Part shown: one piece after another, positions 1 through 13,431 of the stretch
Position numbering within the stretch: the first letter of the stretch is position 1
How the letters are laid out: each line of letters begins with the position of its first letter
Source of the DNA: Spironucleus salmonicida
Taxonomy: Eukaryota
Assembly (NCBI RefSeq): GCF_000497125.1
Contig: NC_090598.1
Location: 1,736,001-1,800,000, forward strand
Direction: 5' to 3'
DNA: 64,000 nucleotides
The notes under the pieces: model-generated
The model's database searches: none
Seen by the model: only the letters and a program-made list of their open reading frames with translations
What the model was told of the DNA's origin: nothing
Translations under genes and position numbers: made by a program

Positions 1-168
1 AATTAATGGTAGCTTCGTACATCTTTATTACAATTATATATCATATTTTTTACAAAATATTCCATAATACTTCCAGCAAGAAATAATTAGAGAGTTTTTT
101 GATCCATCTTTAGTTTATGGTTTGATTCTTTTATAAAACTGAACGAGTAAAAGTAAAAACTAAAACAT
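1..168 (-). CDS. 5' part of a hypothetical protein running off the window (possible signal peptide)
   Basis: ATG at 168, MFQFLLLLVQFYKRIKPQ..., open to position 1 in code 6. A competing + frame (2..142) is also open, so the strand is ambiguous. Confidence 0.35.
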
Positions 169-216
169 TTATTAATGAAAATATTAAGATGGAAATAAAC
201 TATAATAAAATGTCAA

Positions 217-612
217 TCAATATTGTTCTGGATTTTTCAAAAACTTAAGTTTTTAAACATCCCCTCTCTCACTTTCTTATTTGTCATTAACGTTTCTATG
301 ATTTTCATTACTCTAATCTCGCCGTTTTTATTTTCTTTCCCAATATTCTTAAACCTTAACTTTATCTAACTCTTATTACTCCGGTGACTTCTCTAATTTA
401 ATTCTTTCGCGTCTTTTAATTTCTTTTGTAATAGGTTGTCCAAACTTTTATAACTCATTATTTTAAACCCTCTTAATAGACCCTTTAAGCTAATTAATAA
501 GTGAATGATCTTGTTATAAATTTGCATCTTCTAGTTATTTCTCATACTTCTAAACTTCATTCGCAAAAAACTAACGCCACTCATCATCTGTCCAATTCTT
601 TCTTTTGCCCAT
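217..612 (-). CDS. small charged hypothetical protein (131 aa)
   Basis: MGKRKNWTDDEWRQFFANEV...FLKNPEQY-TGA in code 6; pyrimidine-rich leader. Confidence 0.75.
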
Positions 613-668
613 AAGTAAAGTGAAAAGAAGTGGCAATATATTAATATATATTATTTTAAAATAATAAA

Positions 669-1544
669 ATGAAAGGCATGACTAAAAATTAGTTATAAAG
701 ATTAAAAAAAGATATTGAAAATGTTAACATTGTAATTATTCACCCACATTAAGAAATTAATAATAATATTGACTAGCAGAGACGTAGGAGGAAGAAGAAA
801 TAGCAGATACAATAAAGTGATACGTCTTAAGTTAGATTTAAAAATTATTGCTTTGATGCCACCAGATAAGGAGCTATCTAGAATTAAAATGCAAGATTAG
901 ATCAGTATATTGATATTCAGGCCAATTTGATTAAGTAGAATTTTTAATCTGAAACTTAATAAAATTAAATACTGGAAAAAATTAAAAATATTACAGTCTC
1001 ATCTCCACGTAGGTCTAATAAATTAAATTCGTTGGCCAAAGTAGTACTTTGTTAATAGAAAAAAGAATATTTTGTTAGAAATTATTAACTGGTAATGGTC
1101 AATCGTAAAGATGATTAAAGTATCAAAGTATTAGAGCCATCTTTTTATATTGCAGCCTCGAGTTAACTAAGGACCATTGGATTTTAGGAGTTTATGTTAT
1201 AATTTTGTTTAATGTTTCCAGAAGCTAAGAAAGGCACTGGAACATTAATAAAAGAAGAGCAGTTGGAAAAAATTTAGTTTAGTGGATTTTAAAAATTAGA
1301 TTCTTTAGATACTTAAGTTTTTACTTAAAAAGGCAAATAACTAGTCCTAGAGAATATAAATATTCTAATCATAATTTTCGGAAATGCAGATGGTACCAGT
1401 TTATAACGTTATATAAATTTAATGAAATGGTAAAATTCATCTTAGACAGCTGTTCTTATTTATCTTTAAGAAGAACTTATATCTTAGGAAATTCTTCATA
1501 TTATTAACTAGGGTTTGACTAGGATGAAAATAAAACAATAGTGA
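669..1544 (+). CDS. hypothetical protein (291 aa) with a basic NLS-like run
   Basis: Open from ATG to TGA in code 6; contains QRRRRKKK; ends AGTGA. Confidence 0.75.
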
Positions 1545-1557
1545 GAATACATATAAT

Positions 1558-2205
1558 TCATTTTTTAACCCAAAACCATTTTCTTTCTCTATCTATTTTA
1601 GTTTTAATTGGGTCAAACAGTTTCGAAATAACTTATGATCTTTTATAGGCATTTCGTTTACCTTACAGTGGTTATTTAATTAAGACCGCCAACTCTTCTA
1701 ACGATTTTGTCTATTGATTTTAACCATATGTATATGTTTATTCAATATCTAAAATCTATTTGACAGGTAAAGATATGGTAAGCTTTTAAAGTTGTTTTTT
1801 AGCTTAGAAACCTACTACAAGACGTTATCCTATTAAATCGTAGAGTTTTTATCGATAATCATTTATAGGGTACTTACATTATTTAACAGAACTGATATCA
1901 ATTTCCTACTTATTTACATAATAATCACGTATATTTGAACCAACTTGAAAATACTACTCAAATTCTACGATTTATGTAACTGAATTGGTAAGTAGTAAAT
2001 AAGCAATAACGTCATGCGCATGAGCTTCTTGAAATCCAACTGAAATATTATATGACTCAATAATTAAAGGGCCATTTTAACAAACTGTTGATTAAAAATT
2101 GAATACTGATTGTTTATATACAACCTATTCAAGTTTCTTGAATTGAATTTTTGTTTATGACTTTTTAAGATCACTCTTTTCTCTATATGTCTTCCAATTA
2201 GACAT
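1558..2205 (-). CDS. REX4-like DEDDh exonuclease-fold protein, apparently catalytically degenerate
   Basis: MSNWK start; IIESYNISVG resembles ALDCEMVGVG; YDLIGQRLVVGFQAKKQLQKL..P..QILDI resembles LKGRILVGHALHNDLKVL..HP...IRDT. Confidence 0.6.
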
Positions 2206-2253
2206 TAAAACGGAAAATTATTATTTATATATTATATGATATAATAATGCAAT

Positions 2254-2517
2254 TCAAAATATCAATTTTTCTATGGTAAATATAATGATAACTCCCCAAA
2301 CAATAATCCAAATTTAGTATTTACGCCAAAACGCAGCCCAATCTAATTCTTTAGCATCAGATAGAATTTATTTTGTTGTATCTTACAAATCTTTAGCATT
2401 ATCTGCCAATCCATCTAGCTCAATACCTCTTGTATATAATTTTTCTAAATTATCAGTAGCCTATTTTTTAATACTTTCCGTTTCTTTCTTTAATAAATTT
2501 ATATTTGAAACGTCCAT
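2254..2517 (-). CDS. synaptobrevin/VAMP-type R-SNARE (87 aa)
   Basis: NLEKLYTRGIELDGLADNAKDLQ with zero-layer Arg, FWRKYQ juxtamembrane motif, C-terminal TM helix. Confidence 0.88.
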
Positions 2518-2563
2518 TTTGCTTATTTTACATATTATAGTATAATATATAATATAATGATTA

Positions 2564-4102
2564 TCATTTAATTTTACCAGCGAAAACGGTTTTTTATTTA
2601 TCGCCTTTTGACAATGTGATAGCATCTAACATGTGTTTAGACTTCTAAATCATCCAACCATTACAAAGATAATACTATAAAATACTTTATGTATCTAACA
2701 ATTAAATAATTTGTTCCTCAATATTTTATTTCTTTATTAAAGAATTTCTTAACAACCAAATAATTGTATTTATGTTAATTAGAGAGCAACCTGACATACA
2801 AACTTCAATTACTGTTTTATCATAATTAATTTGTTCCTCTATATGTTCCAGCTTAAATCTCTTAAAATTTTCTGGTTGTATTAATAAATTTTTAAAATAA
2901 TCTTCTTTCGTACCTTTAGTCATTTATTACTGTTCCGTAGACTTTACTATCTATATTTCGTTCACAATACTTTTTTTTGAAAAACTTATTTAAACGTTAC
3001 ATTCATAATTTCTACTATTAAATGAATACTTTCCAATCATCTTAAAATAATTAAATATTTATTAATCCATATATGCATTAAGCACTTCCTAATAGTAATT
3101 ATCTGTGATTACTACCTAATTTTGCAACATAATAGGTATGCTAAAATTTCCACAATTAATTGCAGCAGGTGATAATGTTTTCCCGCGTAATATTCGTCCT
3201 AAATGTGGGGATGATACTTATATTTAATCTACTTTTAACATCACACCAACAACTGGCCATAGAAGTATCATCGACTAATTTTTTCCAATATCTCTTAATG
3301 TTTCACAATGATGATCCACTTACACTTACTTCTTTTAAATTTATAATACAACATTTTTTAGGCGCTATATGATTTGCTTTCTAATTATTTTTCTTCTAAT
3401 CTCCAATTAACGCATACCATCTCTTTATGACACAGTAACATCACCACAGATTCTATTTTTATCGCTTTTGTCAATTAATATTAAATTTTATGATGATTTT
3501 ATTGCCTCACCAATGAACGACAGAGCAAATCTTTTTTCTTATATGTAATAATTTGCAGTTGCGCGCGAAAAACAATCCAAATATTATATTCCCTACATAT
3601 TTTCTGCTGTTAAAACAGAAAAATGTAATAATGGTGGTTGTAAGCTTCTATTGATGATTGGTAGTGGAAAATTAGATAATGATAATTAGTTAATTGAATA
3701 TAATGAAATCGGCTAAGACGGATGGAGTTTAGCTCTCTATCTCTCTAATAAATCAGCTATATTAGTTATACCATATACTGCTATGTCGCAAGGGAAAAAA
3801 ATACTGTTATCTTCTAATATTTTTATTTCTTAAATATCATTTAAAGCTGGTGAAAAACGAAGCATCTCTACATCTTTAATTATATATATAGTATCTATTT
3901 CAGTAAATATGAATCTAATGTTAGGTAATATTTTTATCATTTAAGATTAAATATAGTTATGAAAATTTATTTGAGGAATTCTAAAGCAAATAAAGTCAAC
4001 ATGAATCACATTTATTAATTACTCCAGAAACAGTATAATATTGTCAATTGCATCAGTAGATAAGAAATCTGAAAAAGATCCACCAACTTTCAAACTACTC
4101 AT
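2564..4102 (-). CDS. hypothetical protein (512 aa), weak resemblance to a degenerate PRMT5/Skb1
   Basis: One code-6 frame from ATG 4102 to TGA 2564, containing track ORF 2726..2923. The ORF is solid; the family call is weak. Confidence 0.7.
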
Positions 4103-5339
4103 TTTCAATTAAAATACAATACACGTTTTATATATAATAATATATGTGTTTAATTGCAAACTAATTATTGGGCATTTTATTTTTTTCATTCTTAATTAGT
4201 TAAAGATAATTGCACATAATTTATAAAAAATATAATTTCAGTAACTATTTAAACTAATATCTCATATTTATGTAGTAGAATCCATATATTGACTTTTAAT
4301 TTTGTATACAAATTATTAATATATTGAGTGGATCTTGAAAAGAAAAATAGTGAATAATACCTTATAAATAATTTAGTTAAAATAATATTAAAATATTAAT
4401 TCACCCAATAACTGTGTACGCATTTAATTATTTTACCTTACTTATAATCCACTAGATTAACTTACTATTTTATATGTCTTACCCATTATTAAATTTTCAT
4501 TAAATATAACAATAAACCATAGTATAACATAAGTAAAATGATACTATCACACTTTTGTTCATACTTGTTAATGACTAATCATTAATAAGATATCCGTATG
4601 AAATATTGATCTTTAGCAAAGAATATATGATGTAAAATAAAGGTTTTTAAATTAAACAAAATATATATTTGACTCACTATAGTATTATAATAGAGACTTA
4701 TGAAAATATTTTATAAATTATTAGGACTCTTTATTGTAGAGAAAATATAACAAAGTGATACTATATTTATTACAATTATTTATACTATTTAATATAGTTG
4801 TGCTTATTATTGCTATAAATAAATAATCCACTATTTAGATTATACCCATAATTATAATTTATGTGTATAATAATAGGAAATTGTATTGAATAGTCGCTGA
4901 AACTAATTATTATCTGTTGATATAAAAGAATAAAAGTAGTTATGTTAGCATTATAACGTATATTAAATAAAGTATAATATACTTTATTATATTAGGGAAA
5001 CTATTATTATTTTAGCTTGTTATATCTAAATCAGAACACTATATGATCTAACAGTGCATTATCTACATATAAAAATATAGTAAATACTTGTTAAATATTA
5101 TTAATTAGAAAAAAGGATATATAAGCGAATTAATAGAAACTGTAAGTAATAATAGGATTTCAATGATATTCAGGTTAATTATTTATCATTATATTTAAAT
5201 TAATAATAATGTTAGCAATACTTATTTTAAAGAAATAAATAAGTTAATAAAGATGATGTAGCATTTAAACGCAGAATAATAAAGAATATATACACCTTAA
5301 ACACTTTTCTTATATTATATATTTGTAGAGTAAAACAGC

Positions 5340-8300
5340 TCACTGATCAGAAACATTTATATCTAAACTGACGTTTTAGCTCACATTATCGACTTTATAT
5401 ACACCGATTAATCTATCGGCAATTTCAAAAGTATTATTCCTGAGGCTTATAATGACAAATTAGCATTCTTTTGTTTATTCCTTTAAATAATTTGCAACTA
5501 AGCTAACATTTCTGAAGTCTAGTGCCGCATCAATTTCATCAACGACATAAATGAAATTCTTTCTAAATTAATGTAAAGCAAAGATTAAACTTAAGCTGCT
5601 TAACGTTTTCTCACCTCCACTTAAGTTTTATATTTAACGCCATGCTTTTTTTGGTGGCATAACTGAAAATTATATTCCCTCAAAGGGATCAAAATGATTA
5701 ACAAGCTCTAAAATAGCATCTCCACCCATTGAAAATATTCGATAAATTTCTCTTAATTTTTAATTAATATCATTAAAAGCCGTTAAAAATTCTTATTGAC
5801 GTTAATCTTTAAGTTCATTAAGATTATTGAAAATAATATCAGATTAAGCTGAAATATTAGTGAAAATAGTTTATACATTATTAAGCTTATCAGTTCTCTA
5901 TATATATTCTTCCAAAATTGCTAAATCTTGTTATAATGCTGATTTCAGTTGATTTAAAGAGTAATTTGTTTACTTTTTGGATTAACCAATTGTATAATTA
6001 GCAATAATATAATTATCATATTCAAAAAGTTCCTCTATATTTTGATGTGAAGAAAGCAAAGGTACTTGATAATTCAACTATTCCTAAAGAGGAGTTAAAA
6101 TCTCATTAAGAAAGTTAACTAACATAAGATTGTTAGTAATATGAGTTTCTGAACTAAGTATTATATCTTAAGATTAAAAAATTTATTAATTTAACTAAGT
6201 TTTGTTTGCTTAATGTTACGCGAGTTTTTCTTTCCTAAACTTTTAATCATTTATAACCTAGCTAAATTATTATTCAAACTGAATATTTTCTTATAATAAC
6301 TGTTGCTTTTTAGCCTATAGTTATTTTTATGAATTTTAAAGCTATTGAAGATATTAGTTAATATGCAGCTATTCTTAAGAGATTTACTATTACTATTCAT
6401 TTAGCATTTTTTCTTTAGTATTAGTTTCCTGTATTTCTAGATCAAATTGTAACATTATTTAGTCATATTTCATATTTGAGATCTCTAATTTTTATAAATG
6501 TTTGTCTAAATCCATTTTATTTTGCTATAACTACTAAATTTCTTTCCTGACTATTTTATACTATTTGGAATTTCCTAAATTATCTATTTATTCTTATAAT
6601 ATTAAGGTTTATGCATTCAATATTTTTTCTTATTATTTTAGTTATTCAATTACTAACGAAATTTTTTATGATTCTATTTACCCGAATAATTGGCTTAAAT
6701 TATTTGGAAATAGAATAATATTTGCTATAAGAGATTCTTCTGATTCAAGTAAGAATTATGGATCGTTTTTCTGAGTATATTTCACTAAAGACGAGTAGTT
6801 ACTAAAACCTTATTTTTCGTAATATGTAGTTAATTCAATAATTGAAGAAATTTATTGTTGATATAAATTTTATTGCCAGATTTGAGAATTTTACTAAATA
6901 ACAGAACTTAATTATTAAATTTCCTAAATAATTGTAGGATTTATTTATGCTTGATGTTGTTAAAATAGTATATTATCACCAATTTACATTATTTAATCTA
7001 TTTTTTACTAAACTTTTTAATGCTAACAAGATACTTCATACTATTAAACCATAAATTCTTAATTTTTTAATATGATTTTCTAAGTAATTATATCTTATTC
7101 ATTTAGTAATATTTAAATCTAGGAAATCTATGCATCTGAATTATTTTTCTAAATTTCTATACTATTAATTTCCTTTTGTATTTCTGTTATGTTTAAATCC
7201 TATGAAACATCTTATCTAAATCCTTTATACCTTGAATTTAGACTTGACCCACCGCCTGTTAAAGATCCAGATTTTTCAAAGAGCTCTCCATTTAAAGTGA
7301 CCACACGTAATTTTTATCTATTATTATTTTTATTAATTATTAATGCATCTTATACAGATTCAGTAACTATAGTTTCTTACATAACATGCCAAAAAGCTGG
7401 TATATAATTTTCTTTAGTATTTACTAAAGATAGAAATAAGTGAGAATTTTGATTTCTTAATACTTAGTCATTATCAAATTATTTATAATACTAAGAATAT
7501 CGAGATTTGACTTATGATAAATCAATAAATGAAGCTATTCCTAGGTTATTAGTTCGTATAAATTATAAGCATTATTGAACTTACTCCATTGACTCCACAA
7601 CTATATAATCAAGTTGAGGTCCGAATGCTGAGATCGCGGCAATATTTAAAGATTTATCAATAATTCCAAGGGATCCCAATCTTCCATATATTCCACTTAG
7701 CAAACCCTATTTTTATGCATCTAACACAGCTGATAGTAACTTATTATTTGTAGCAAATTCTTACTTCTATTAATTTCCCTCTTTAATTTTTAAGTTTAGC
7801 GTTGTTATTTATAAATTATAATTCGCGATTTAAGTATTTAACTCTTTATGCTAACTCTATAATTTTTTCATATCTACATTAGCTTATTTTTATTTTAATT
7901 AAAATAATTCATCTCTAATATCAAGCGTATCCGTATTTTAATATTATATATCTCTGGTAAGTAAAATCATCTAATCAATAGTTTAATTAGAAAGATCAAC
8001 AAATTGCATTAATTTTTGGTCAATTTATTTGTTTATTGATTATTAAATTGATTATTACTATGCTCTCTGAGATGAAATAGGTTAGATTTGGATTTCAATT
8101 TAATGCATTTATTATTAAATATTATTAATCTAGTTTTGATCTTTTACATCTGCTTACTGTAATTAGTCCAACTACTCGTTTTTACTATTTAAAATAATTA
8201 TATTTTGTTCAATTTAACTTTCAATTAGTTATTTCTATTATGGAAATAATAAATTTTCTTACTAAATGTTTTTTTAATCGACTGTTATTTTGCTTTTAAT

Positions 8301-9452
8301 AGTTAATTATTCTTATAGTTCTTTTAGAATCGTATGGTTTTTTTCTTCTAAAATATGAAAACCAATTTGATTTTCTTTAATATTTGTAGTGATATTTACT
8401 AAATCGTTAGTAGTTTCTTAAATTTTATATTATGCTTAATCCTAAATTTCTTTTTATTACTACAATTCATTATCTATCATATTAATAGATTTCTCCAATT
8501 CTTATTACTATTATTATAATTGAACAATTTATTATTATTTTTATGACAACCCTAATCTGCTTTAACTAGCTTAATACATATTTTTAGATAAATCTTCTGT
8601 TATTTAAATTCCAACAGTTTAAATTTTAGATAACGAATCATTTTTATTGTCAATTAAAGCATCTCTAAATTAAACAGCTGCAGACAATGAAATTCGAATC
8701 TCTTATTTTTAATTACTATAATATTCCATTAGAGCCATCTACTGCGACAATAGCGGCAGAAATTTTTAGGTACCAACTACTTATTCAATAAACTCTAATA
8801 GCCCAACATCTGAAGATTATTATATGCTACTTGGTTAAATTTTTTATAGTAGTTTTTTATAATTGTCTGGAATATCAGAAATAATTAACTCTGCAATTTT
8901 ATTATATATATTTTGTGGCTAAAACTCAATATTTAAATTTTATATGATTGATTGAAATGTCAATAAATTTTCTGTTTCAACAGTTGTCATCTATGATAAA
9001 ATATCATCACCAACAGCTTTCATCATAGAAATTGATTCTACTTCACCCTATAAAATGAGAAATCTGTTATGTGCAATATCTAGTCCATTATCTAATAAAA
9101 TTTAAGTAACATTAGACAGAGTAGATTTAATGCCGTTTACCTCATAATGCTGAGATCCAGTTGCTTAAATAACTCTACCTATTGAAAAGTATTGTCCATT
9201 GTTTGAAAAGTTAACTTAAACTTTAGCAAATGGAACTTTGTATTATGATTGATGAATTAAATCTACTAATTTATCTTATCTTAATTACTTTGCTCTCCAA
9301 CCAAAAACAAATAAAAGAGCATCTATTATATTAGATTTCCCTGAGCCATTTGCACCAACTATGCATGCTAATCCTTATGTATTTAAGGCTATTAAATGTT
9401 CTCCATACCAAGATTTAAAGTTGTGTAGAACAAGTTCTTCGATTCTAAGCAT
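5340..9452 (-). CDS. SMC4: condensin subunit SMC4 (1370 aa)
   Basis: NFKSW, VGANGSGKSNIIDALLFVFG, HNRFLILQGEVESI, hinge GIYGRLGSLG, PPKKAWRQIQNLSGGEKTLSSLSL, DEIDAALDFRNVS, ISLRNNTFE. Confidence 0.96.
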
Positions 9453-9519
9453 TAAAATTTGAAAAGTGATAACAAATTTATCTACATATTATATTTATTA
9501 AATATTAAATAAAATAATA

Positions 9520-10062
9520 TCACTGAAGTAATTTATCTCTCATAACTTCAAGCTACTATTTCATATTTTCATTCTCATTATGCATAGATCTAGTTTCTTT
9601 AGTAAGTTTACCGATTTCGAATTTAAATGCTCCGATATTTTCGACTAGAGATGTCTTCTTTTTATTTAATTCTCCAACTTTTTTTTCAAGATCTGTTATT
9701 GCTTATTTGAATCTTTATAAATTTGACAATGCTATCTATGCCTACTCTTTCTATCTTTCTACAAGAAGCTATACTTCTTTCTTTTCTGCTTTTCTCTCGA
9801 TTAAAGATTTAGAAAAATTATCTGATATTTTTTACTGTTAATCTAATTACTACTAAATTGTTTGAAGTTAAGATTATTTGTCTCTAAGCTCATTTTCAGC
9901 TCTTTATACTTCATCTTTCATTTTCTAGTGTTCAATTTTAGCGATTTAATGATCTGCAGTCAACTATTTCGCCATTCTTTCTTCAATAGTATAGTCTGCT
10001 TGAACTCGTGCCATTTTAGCGCGCATCAAGTCAACTACTTCCAAAGCATTCATCTTTTGCAT
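9520..10062 (-). CDS. coiled-coil protein (180 aa)
   Basis: MQKMNALEVVDLMRAKMARV...; E/K/Q-rich heptad pattern; ends AGTGA. Confidence 0.8.
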
Positions 10063-10116
10063 TTAAATTTTAAATATTTTAAATATTTAGTATAGGATAA
10101 TAATATATTATTTTTC

Positions 10117-10608
10117 TCATTTCCATTTATTAAAAGCATTCTATCTTTACTCTTTTGATGCCTTTATTTTTTCATCAATAAAACTCAATTCATGCTTCAA
10201 AATATTCTATATAGTTGAAGCTTCGCTTTATTATAATGGTTTAAAAATAAGTGGAAATTCTGCTAATTTTATTTATACTCTTTCTATTCTGCATTAAACT
10301 TCATATATAGTAGATTTAAAGTTATTTGTGATTAATTATAATCTAATCAAATGTTTGTCAAGTTTTTCGTTATATTTGACCATTTAATTTAATTTTTAAA
10401 TTGATTTTAAGTAGTCTTAAAATACATCAAATGAAGTCTGCTAGTTAGTAACAATAGCGAGCTTATCTGTAGGATCAAGCTTTGAATTTAATTTGTATTA
10501 AGATATTTAATAATACTCTAAAAATTCTTACTCAATTCCTAATTAAGCTACTATTTAAGTAGATGATGTCGATATTAATTTTAATAGTTCATAGACTTCA
10601 TAATACAT
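10117..10608 (-). CDS. hypothetical helical protein (163 aa)
   Basis: MYYEVYELLKLI...NAFNKWK-TGA, open in code 6. Confidence 0.75.
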
Positions 10609-10656
10609 TAAAAGGTATATGATAATAATTATATATTTTATTTATATTGTTTAACA

Positions 10657-13428
10657 ATGTTACTTATATGCTTTGGCATATAAGTCCACTAGTAATAGTT
10701 AAATGAATTCATTAAAACTATAGGTAATTCAACTTAATATGGAAAATTTGATCCAACTAATATAGATAAAATTGGCGAATAGGTCTAATAAATGTATGAC
10801 AAGCAAAGCAATTACTTAGATAATTTTAATACATTTAGATACAGCTGTGTTATTCCAAATGAATAAGGATAGCCTATAAATAAATTTTATTTTGCAAAGG
10901 GAACTTCAGATTTAGTCACATGTTCAGTACCATTTACCCATTATCCAAATCACTAGTTTGACGATGTAGAAGATATGATTGTATGGGATTATTAAGATAC
11001 TTAATATTCATGGCCCCATTTTTCAGGAAATTCGTAGCTAATTAATAATTAGATAAAGAAATATTTATTTAAGAGTAATTTTACTATTTTCCTATAAGAT
11101 GGAATATAACTCTTAAATCAGTTCATGTTTTTAATTCATCCTAATTCAAATGTTAAAATTTATAATACCTACAATACTGAGATAATATTTAATGACTTAA
11201 GTGGAAATTTTGACCCTTAAGTCGTCAGCAATTTTAAGTAATAAGATGAGTTTCCGAATTTTGATAAATGCATAAATATAATTAATACTCTAAACTAATC
11301 TTAAAATATTCTAATATTGGCTAGAGGTTTTTATTGGAATAAATAAGTAGAAAATCCACGAAACATCACAATAATTAATACTTTTATATAGAATACTAAT
11401 TAAAATAACTGGATTTAGGGTAATGTATCTGTTAATTTAAGTAGTATAGTTATTTCTAGATAATTTTTAACTGAATTTTCTTAAAAGTTTAATTCTAAAC
11501 TGTTATTTCTTTATTCTAATAAATTAAATCAACATGATTAAATACTATTAGTATTATAAGCTTATATCAATTAATTTATATCGTATGAAAAAGTCATAAC
11601 ATTCCCAATAAGATCTAATTTAGTTTTAAATTAATAATATGTTAATTTCTTAGTTAGACCGATATATAATTAACTACAAAATTATATCGGATTCGTCGCT
11701 ATTTCAATTAATTTTAATAAGTTATTTATGAAAATTATCCCAAACCATAATTATTTAGTAACATCAGACTTACTTATAATGTAAAATGAGTATTTATTGT
11801 ATTCTATTGCACAACTTCAAGAAAATGTTCTAAGTTAAAAAAATTTAAATTATATTTTTAATGATTCATTTTACGAGTCTGAATAGATAGTTATGAATAA
11901 TTCTTTAACAAATAAACTTAGATTTTAATATAAAATATAATAATAAATGATAAATTCATCTTAAATATATGTCTAAAATATTAGCTTATAAAAGCTAATA
12001 TCTTCTCCTATCAGTAATTTCACAAAGCCAAATAAATTTTTTACTCGATTAGATAAATAAGGATACAAATATCCTCGAGTTTTTAAAGATAATACATTTT
12101 TATTTCAAAATATATCTCTTTAAAATAATATTAGACTGGTATTTATTATTCCAGAATCATAATTTACAGATCATCATTTAAATTTTGATAAAAATAATAT
12201 TATTAAGTATTCTTCAATATTAACCTAATTTAATTGCAGCTTGTTGGATTTACCTTAAAATTGTCTTACTAATTTAGATCCTATATAATTCTAAATACCT
12301 TATTAACTAATTTTAATCTATTATGATGATAAATAAGTAGATATAGTTTTTGATTCAACTATGATAATTCCGTGTAAAGCTAATGATGTGATATAAAATA
12401 TTTCAGGAGATTATAGTTGTTAAAAAGATAAATTTAAATTTGTTATTTAAAAAGATATAAGATATTAAATGTTGCAATAGGCAATTTTATTCATTAAGTC
12501 AAAGTCTAATATATAGATTTAGTTTTTACTTTATCATAAAAATATGATATTGGTATAAAATAGATAAAATAATATTGTGGGGTTTTCATAAAATAAATAG
12601 CTTAACTTTTATAAAACTAGAATAATATCACTAGTTCCGATTATTTATAGAGAATAGAGACGTTAAAGTTTTTATACCTATTGTAAAACATCTCCATAAT
12701 CATTATACATGTACAATATATAACAACCATTCAAAATGATTGTTAATCCCTTGAATTCAAGCTATTCAATATCAACGTATAATTATACCAACATAATGTC
12801 AGCTTATAATATAAGAACTATAAACAGTACAATGTTATTAGCATTCTAAATAAATAATTATTATAACGAACATAAGAAGATTTATGCAATAAAGGAACAA
12901 AACTTTTTCATTATTGATTAATATGCTTAAGTATTATTTTCTCCATTACAAATGAAAGTGAATTTAACCTATCGATTCAGAAATAAAAATTTATTTGAAA
13001 CTGATTTATGCTAGCATAATTAATATAGTATTCCAATGCTTTAGTTTTTATTTAAAATGCGGTTTATTGAATATTCTATTTATATTTCATCCTAATAATA
13101 TTGCTTAATTTTCAAAATTATTGATGACAGTTTAAATAAGGATTTTCTATAAAAAATAAATAATACAAATATGTACAATTTAACTCTACCTTGGGATTAG
13201 TTATTACCATATATAAGTATGTCAAACGTTCCATGTTTTACAGGTTTACAGTATATAAATGAATATATAGATGAAATTTTTAATTATCCAGAAAAATATT
13301 ACAAAGAATTTGATGAACCTCACGAAAATATTATATTATCATAGTAGTAATATAATTATTATTGGTACTATTTGCTAACATTTTTAATTTTTGTAATCGT
13401 AACAGTGACAGTAATAATATGTCATTGA
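10657..13428 (+). CDS. large type-I membrane glycoprotein (923 aa), divergent Cache-domain/alpha2delta(CACHD1)-like
   Basis: Short N-terminal hydrophobic signal, many NxS/T sites, C-terminal TM (LLVLFANIFLIFVIVTVTVIICH); NFFIIDQYAQVL and PMLQFLFKMRFIEYSIYISSQQYC resemble alpha2delta segments. Confidence 0.7.
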
Positions 13429-13431
13429 TCA

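Noticed and set aside
669-1544. CDC73/parafibromin C-domain resemblance
   Set aside because: Too few matching residues to support by eye.
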